A model generated the notes under the pieces. It saw only the letters and a program-made list of their open reading frames with translations. It did not search any database and was not told the DNA's origin. The position numbers and the translations under genes were made by a program. DNA of 60,683 bases, filler included, from Platydemus manokwari (taxonomy: Eukaryota): assembly GCA_037951405.1 (NCBI GenBank). It is 6 parts of 6 records of this genome, joined end to end, with 100 filler letters (N's around TTAATTAATTAA, not from the genome) between each part and the next. Parts side by side here need not be neighbours in the genome. Positions count along the whole stretch, not along the records: positions 48,582 to 60,683 come from JBBMOY010301114.1; 5 more parts are not named here. One strand, 5' to 3'. Shown piece by piece: positions 54,950 through 60,683 of this stretch; position 1 is the stretch's first letter, and every line of letters begins with the position of its first letter.

Positions 54950-57500
54950 GGGATTTAGAATTCTTGCCATCACTATTTACACTGGGCCATTGTTACCATA
55001 CGTGGTGAGATCTTTTCTCACTATCCAATACTTTGCTCGTCAAACCATATTTCTTTGACATATATATCTTGCCTATTCTGTTTCAGCATTCTTCCTCTTC
55101 CACGATTCATATGATTTAATGGTCTTAGGTATTTTTTCATTTTCTGGCATGCTGTCTTCACTATTTATGTTATACTCCTCCCAAAGTTCTTCCGGTTGTC
55201 TGATAAGAGGGGGTCCGTCTTTTTATATTCTTTTGTTGGGGTGACAATTTTTTTCGGACTTTATTAAACTTCTCTTTTTGAATTGGGCTTTTCAGTTTTT
55301 TGCGGTAAGAGATCATGTTGTCTGATAGTGAAAAAAGCTTACTCATATCATGCATATCCTTATTTACTTCCTGGACATTTTGTAACTCTTTCCAGACTGT
55401 CTGAATCACTATCACTTGGGAATTCTTATTTAACCTCACTTTTTATCCTCACCTATTGATCTTTCTGTTCTTTTACTCTTTTTTGGTTAATGCTTTCTCT
55501 TTTCTTTAACTGTTCATATGATTTCATTTTTTTCTTCATACTCTTTTTGTCGGCTCTTTCTTATACTTTTCTGACCTTCCTGTTGGAAGGATTACTTTCT
55601 TCTAGTTAAAGTATTGATCCCTCTTTCTTCTTTTAATTTCAATGAGATTAGTCTCCATGGTGTACTGCTGGGTTCTTCGATCAGTCTTTGTACAATGTCA
55701 TTCTGATCTAACTAACACATATTTGGAGTTGATACCATTTATTCTGGGTTTCATTGATGCGTTTTTGGGTCCAATATGAATATCAAATTACTAGTGATCA
55801 TCTTCTTATTTATCGGGATGTTTCTTTCAATAAAATACCTTCCATATTTGTCTAACTCGATGATGTAATGTTGGCGTCGCCCGGTATTTTCTTCTGTCAT
55901 TCCATGATATATATTCTTGTGTAGTTCGCCCAAGGTACATGATATCTGATACATTGGTTGTATCTAGGATTACAGTCAATCCTTGGAGTATTCACATTAT
56001 TGGTTTAAATTGAGGGTACTTTTTGTAGTCTACTTCTAATTGATCTTTCATGACGTCCTTCAGATAAATAGTGGTTGTCTAAGGTCAAACTCCGAAAGTC
56101 TCGTTATTTATTTGTGTATTAATGACCAATCCGTGTTTTGGTGTTACCTTGCACTCACAAACTATCTGTCATACAAATACAATTACATATACTTGATGTG
56201 ATACCCTATTTTAGGCAAAGACGGCATTAATATTCACGAATATTATCTAATTCCATAATTCCTCTACATCTTTTAAATACGACATCTGCACATAATAGAG
56301 TTATATTGATTTTCTTACGTTCCCTCTGATTTTCTGTGATTATTTTACTAATTTTGTATTGTCCTGCGATGGATTGTCTCAATTGTGATTGTTGTTGAAA
56401 GCTGGTAAGAGTGGATTATCATAGTTTGGTACCCCCTGTAATTTTCAACTCCAGGAGTCTTAAAATGGAGTTTCAAATTACTTGATAGATTTTTCCGTGC
56501 TGTTATTGTTACCGGGAATAAAGTGATGTGGATGCCCGTGGCTCTCCGTGTGTATCTTTTTTGAGATTTAGTACGAGTGTTAATAGACTTCATTGGTGGG
56601 CGGAGTCATTTTAATCATCTTCAGATCTCTGTTTTCAGTGTTGACTTTTAATTTATTTTGGAATTTAGTTTCATCTGTATTATATCTATACGTGATTCCA
56701 CTGAGGTGATTTGCTACTCCTCGATGGAGGTATCAATAAAATGCTGAAGTCAATTTTAGTTCCTCTTTTTGAAGGTCTTGTTTGAAGTTCTGTGCTCTGT
56801 AGACTTAGACATTCGCATTGATTTGCTTCTGGTTCGGTAGTACATATTTGTTCATCTCTAGAATTAATAATTGCTAAGTTCATGGCGTAGATTTTGATCT
56901 GCACTATCACCATTTACCATATATAACTAATGATATCAAACAAAACAATTCTCATATTACACATTCACTCAACCGTTGCAGACGTACTATAGTTTTACTA
57001 ATTGTAGAAGTTGACTTATTTTTGCAATGGTGGGGTAACTTCTGCTTGCTACCTGCTTTCTGTAGGTGTCATACTTGCATACTCTCTATCCTGGTTGCCT
57101 CAAGCATTCTGAAGAGGTTTGTTTGCTTTTGAAAATGTCTATGCACTACTACCCCTGACATTATAGCCACATTACTACTCATATTATTGATGCTACAATT
57201 AAATAATATGACTAATCTAAGGCAGAGGTGGCCAACTTTTGTGTACGTAAGATCGACTTTTCATTTGAATAACATCTCATGCGATAGACTAAAAATGGCT
57301 TCAAGATCGACCGGTTGGCCACCCCTGATCTAAGGAATAATCTAATTTTTCCTTTTCTTTCCTCATCATCGCATCCAATTGATCACAACCATCGATTATT
57401 TTCTAGTATTCTGGAATAGTAATGATAACCAGACAATGAAGGCACATCCTTTAAATTAATTTTTTTCCCGCCACCATCAGGTCCTCCCCGAGAAACTTGT
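54950..57500 (-). other. Decayed, intronless, coding-like island of unknown origin (TE or endogenous viral element)
   Basis: About 2.5 kb visibly richer in G+C than its flanks, with an A-rich minus strand and four successive broken minus-strand ORFs (56913-56686, 56593-56348, 55954-55751, 55439-55170). No motif recognised. Interrupted by the MITE at 57223. Confidence 0.4.
57223..57327 (-). mobile_element. 105-bp hAT MITE (family 1, copy B, inverted relative to copy A)
   Basis: Near-identical to the reverse complement of 27722-27844 minus 18 bp. Perfect TSD ATCTAAGG (57215-57222 and 57328-57335). Confidence 0.95.
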
Positions 57501-58869
57501 TAAAACAGAAAAATATAGTAAGATATCCTGATCAGAAATGTCTCTTACGAAAATTTTCTAAGTTTACTACAGATAAAATGATCCGAATTTTAGGTTTAAA
57601 AAATGACTACGAATGACTTTGATATCAATAAAATGATAGACGAATTAAAGAGGAATCATAGTATTATAGAATAAATTAAATAAAGAAAATGGTATAAAAC
57701 TGGGATATATTGATTCAGAAATATTAAATATGGAAATGAAGAATTTATTGTAAAATCTATTACGCCAATCATAGAAATAAATAATTTAACAGCATGAATT
57801 GAAAAATATTTTTAATTTAAAATACATAATTTTTAATTACAGGATTAAGGTAACAAATTTATTTTGTATTTGGTGTCTATGAATTCAAATTTGAAATTAC
57901 TCATAACTTATCAAAGATTACTTTATAGGGAACAAAAACACAAATAAAAAAGAAAAAGAGATTAAAACTTATTTTGAAATGTTGGAAAAACAAATCAACC
58001 TAATTTTAAAATTTGGTGGGTTCACCCACATAACATATTACAAAAATATTTACTAGCAATAATATTCTTCCAACATAACATAATCTCCTGGACATTTTAC
58101 AAACAACATACCATGCATACCTCCTTCAGTAAAGACGCAGAGAGTGCCGCGCATATTTAAAAAAATGAATATAATTCTAAGGCAATCAATTCACATCCAA
58201 GCAAAATCAAAAAATACTCAATTCAATCAACATTTGACGTATTTATTTAGTGATTCAATAAACGTTGATATTGATTTTTGGTTAGAAATCATCGTTATTG
58301 TTATTTTGACATTATTAATCTGGAACTTTTGAATTGAAAATATTATTGATTGATATTGATGTGGAGTTATTAATTGAATTAATATTTATTTGATTATTAT
58401 TATTATTGGTTATATTGACCGTTTTAAAGAGAGAGAAGAAATAATAAAAAAAATAACAAAATAAGATAATTAATTAATAATTATATACAAAAATGGCTTA
58501 TAAAAGGAATTTAAAGAATGCATGAAAATACAGTTTGTTCGCTTATCAGGCTAGTATAAATAACCGATCAGAATTTCATCACAACACAACAATTAAAACA
58601 ACAATACAAAAGCACTACATTAAAACACGATTTTTAAGAAGCGACTTTTGAACTGAATAGATAAGCCTGAAAAATTCAAACCACAGATATAGTTTCGAGA
58701 TACATTCATTGGTAGAGATAACTAATCGTTTCTACGTCGCGGAATAACGTTCATCGCTAATTTTACGAAACAACAGTAGTGGTTTTTTCGACTGGGAGGA
58801 AGAACATTTTGCGAAGGAAGTCATTAAAATAATTGTGCGAAGTAAGATTATTGTTTAATTATCAATAAT

Positions 58870-60045
58870 TTATTTTCACTATCTCATAACAATAATAATT
58901 TAATTGTTTCATATTTTATGCAATAAATTAATATTTTCCTATATTGACCATCATAATGTAACTTTTTAAAGTAATTTCTTTTCAAATTTATTTAACTCTA
59001 TGAGATTAACATTAGTAACTCATAAATTTGAAAATATTGAAAGTGTTGGAAAAATTTATAGTATTTTAAATTTCATATTACTAGAAAGATCAATTGAAGA
59101 AATCGGAAAATTAATAGGTTGGGTACCCGATAAAAATAAAGTAGATCCAAATTAACACAATAAAGCTTTTTAAAGAAGAAAAGCTTTATATAATTTAAAA
59201 GAAGGATTAAATACTGATAAGTCTGTTTTAGTAATTTAATTAAACAGATGATCAAATTTTATTAATATTACAAAATTATCAGTATTTAACAGCTGATAGC
59301 TTTATTAAAAAATAGTCTGAGATATATACTAGTAGGATTGAAAGATAAAATGGAATACACAGAAAATAATTAAAAGTTTATTCAGATAATTGGTAATAAC
59401 ATAATTAAATAAAATAAGAGTAATTTATGTAAGCAATTTAAAAACAAATCACTATTAAATATCTTAAATTTTCAAAATTTATGCTCAATATTTTGTTTAG
59501 ATGTTAGTGCTCAAGATGAAATATTAATAATAAACGACTGTAATTTAAATATAGAAATAGAAAAAGACCCTGATTTAGAATGTAAAACTGCAGTAAATAT
59601 TGTAGTGTATTAGAAGAAATAATAATTAAAGGGTGAAAGTATACTATCCAAGTTAAGTTATATATTTTTTATTAAAAAGTGAGTAATGATGAAAAACTTT
59701 TAAAAGAAATAATTAAAAATAAATAACCAAAATTAATTAATTGCAATGGAGAATAAATTTATACGAATAAAAAATTTTAAATTAACGAAATTAGATAATT
59801 CTTAATAAAGATATTACAAAAAATAAAAATAAGGTGGTGTTTTACCTTTATTGGCGGCTTTACCAGCAATAATATCAGGTTTAGGTGGAGCTGCAGGAGT
59901 ATGTGAAAGAATCACAGTTGTCTTAAATCAAGCAAAACAAGCTTAAAAAACAGATGTTGAAACTGATTAAAGAAAAGAAGGATTACCTTAACAAAAGGGA
60001 TGTAACAAAAAAAATACAGGGGCTGGTATCTATTTACCGTATTTG
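58870..60045 (+). mobile_element. Decayed Polinton/Maverick (adintovirus-like) capsid module: major capsid protein remnant plus a GGxLP-type small structural protein remnant
   Basis: NVTF*SNFFSNLFNSMRLTL...FENIESVGKIYSILNFI...LIGWVPD...NKAF*RRKALYN, LRYILVGLKD and FQNLCSIFCLDVSAQDEIL resemble Polinton double-jelly-roll MCP motifs. Downstream are GGVLPLLAALPAIISGLGGAAG (from 59833) and GAGIYLPY. Intronless, with many stops and deletions. Confidence 0.7.
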
Positions 60046-60056
60046 ATGGCATATAT

Positions 60057-60508
60057 CAGAGGTTCTCAAAAAAAATTTTCTCAAAGACGCCTTGCCATGT
60101 TTTTCGGTTTTGGGTAGACCCTTTGATATACACTATAAAAGATTTAAATTTCAACAATAGTGAGGTTCTTTTAATATGAAAAAGCAAAAAAACAAAACAT
60201 TTTAATATAATTTATATATGCCTAATTACCAGTTTATATTATAATTAAATATTTACCTATTTAAAACTAATGATCGCATAAATAATGTTAGCTTTATTGC
60301 CGAGAAAGAAGCTTAGCACCAGTGCGAATATCCCGATTTGATAATGCTACAAGGTTAAACTTTTATAATTTTTTAAAATATTAAAATTGTATCAATTATA
60401 CAGTTTTTGGCAATTTTTGAAATATTCTTCCCATTGAAGCCCAAGTATTTTAACCCACGTAGACCTTTTGCAGGTCTTCATCGATATGGGCCGCTTTGGA
60501 AATTACTG
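60057..60508. mobile_element. 452-bp non-autonomous hAT element inserted at the end of the Polinton remnant
   Basis: Ends CAGAGGTTCTCAAA / TTTGGAAATTACTG (degenerate TIRs). Perfect 8-bp TSD GCATATAT (60049-60056 and 60509-60516). Confidence 0.8.
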
Positions 60509-60683
60509 GCATATATGATGTATTCATTTACCAAAACCTTAAATCAAAGAATCGCCTTGTGTCTATTATATGAAGATGAGACCGCCTTTGTCTAATTTTC
60601 ATAGTGTCTGTGAGTCTAAATAATTTGTATCTCTGTAATTGTGTATTTGTATGTCGATAATAAGTCACAACATAACTCTCTCT

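Noticed and set aside
57600-57900. Possible Polinton minor capsid (penton) remnant
   Set aside because: Only a vague LGY...PI.I resemblance in very AT-rich sequence; not supportable without an HMM search.

Overview
AT-rich eukaryotic (animal, probably invertebrate) genomic DNA with spliceosomal introns, many of them very short (about 31-58 nt). There is no prokaryotic operon or CRISPR content. The window is cut by five artificial 100-nt spacers (N44-TTAATTAATTAA-N44) into pieces of about 9-11 kb, so synteny across spacers is unreliable. Host genes reconstructed by hand from splice sites: a partial UNC-79 (minus strand, with two candidate microexons), the last two exons of AMMECR1, a complete two-exon alkylglycerone-phosphate synthase (AGPS), a possible divergent CFAP61-like 3' end, a three-copy F-type (fucolectin-domain) lectin cluster that is partly pseudogenised, a VAMP7-derived longin protein with an eroded SNARE motif, and a complete five-exon CCDC134. 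The rest is largely a transposon graveyard: mariner and Tc1-like elements, pogo/Tigger, Buster-type hAT elements and MITEs with 8-bp TSDs, a piggyBac-type MITE, Ty3/gypsy gag, RNase H and integrase remnants, and a decayed Polinton/Maverick (adintovirus-like) capsid module. The best candidates for something new are the phytolongin-like animal longin, the F-type lectins lacking the canonical His, the Polinton fossil, and two unassigned decayed coding islands. All family calls come from motif recognition by eye; no database search was run.
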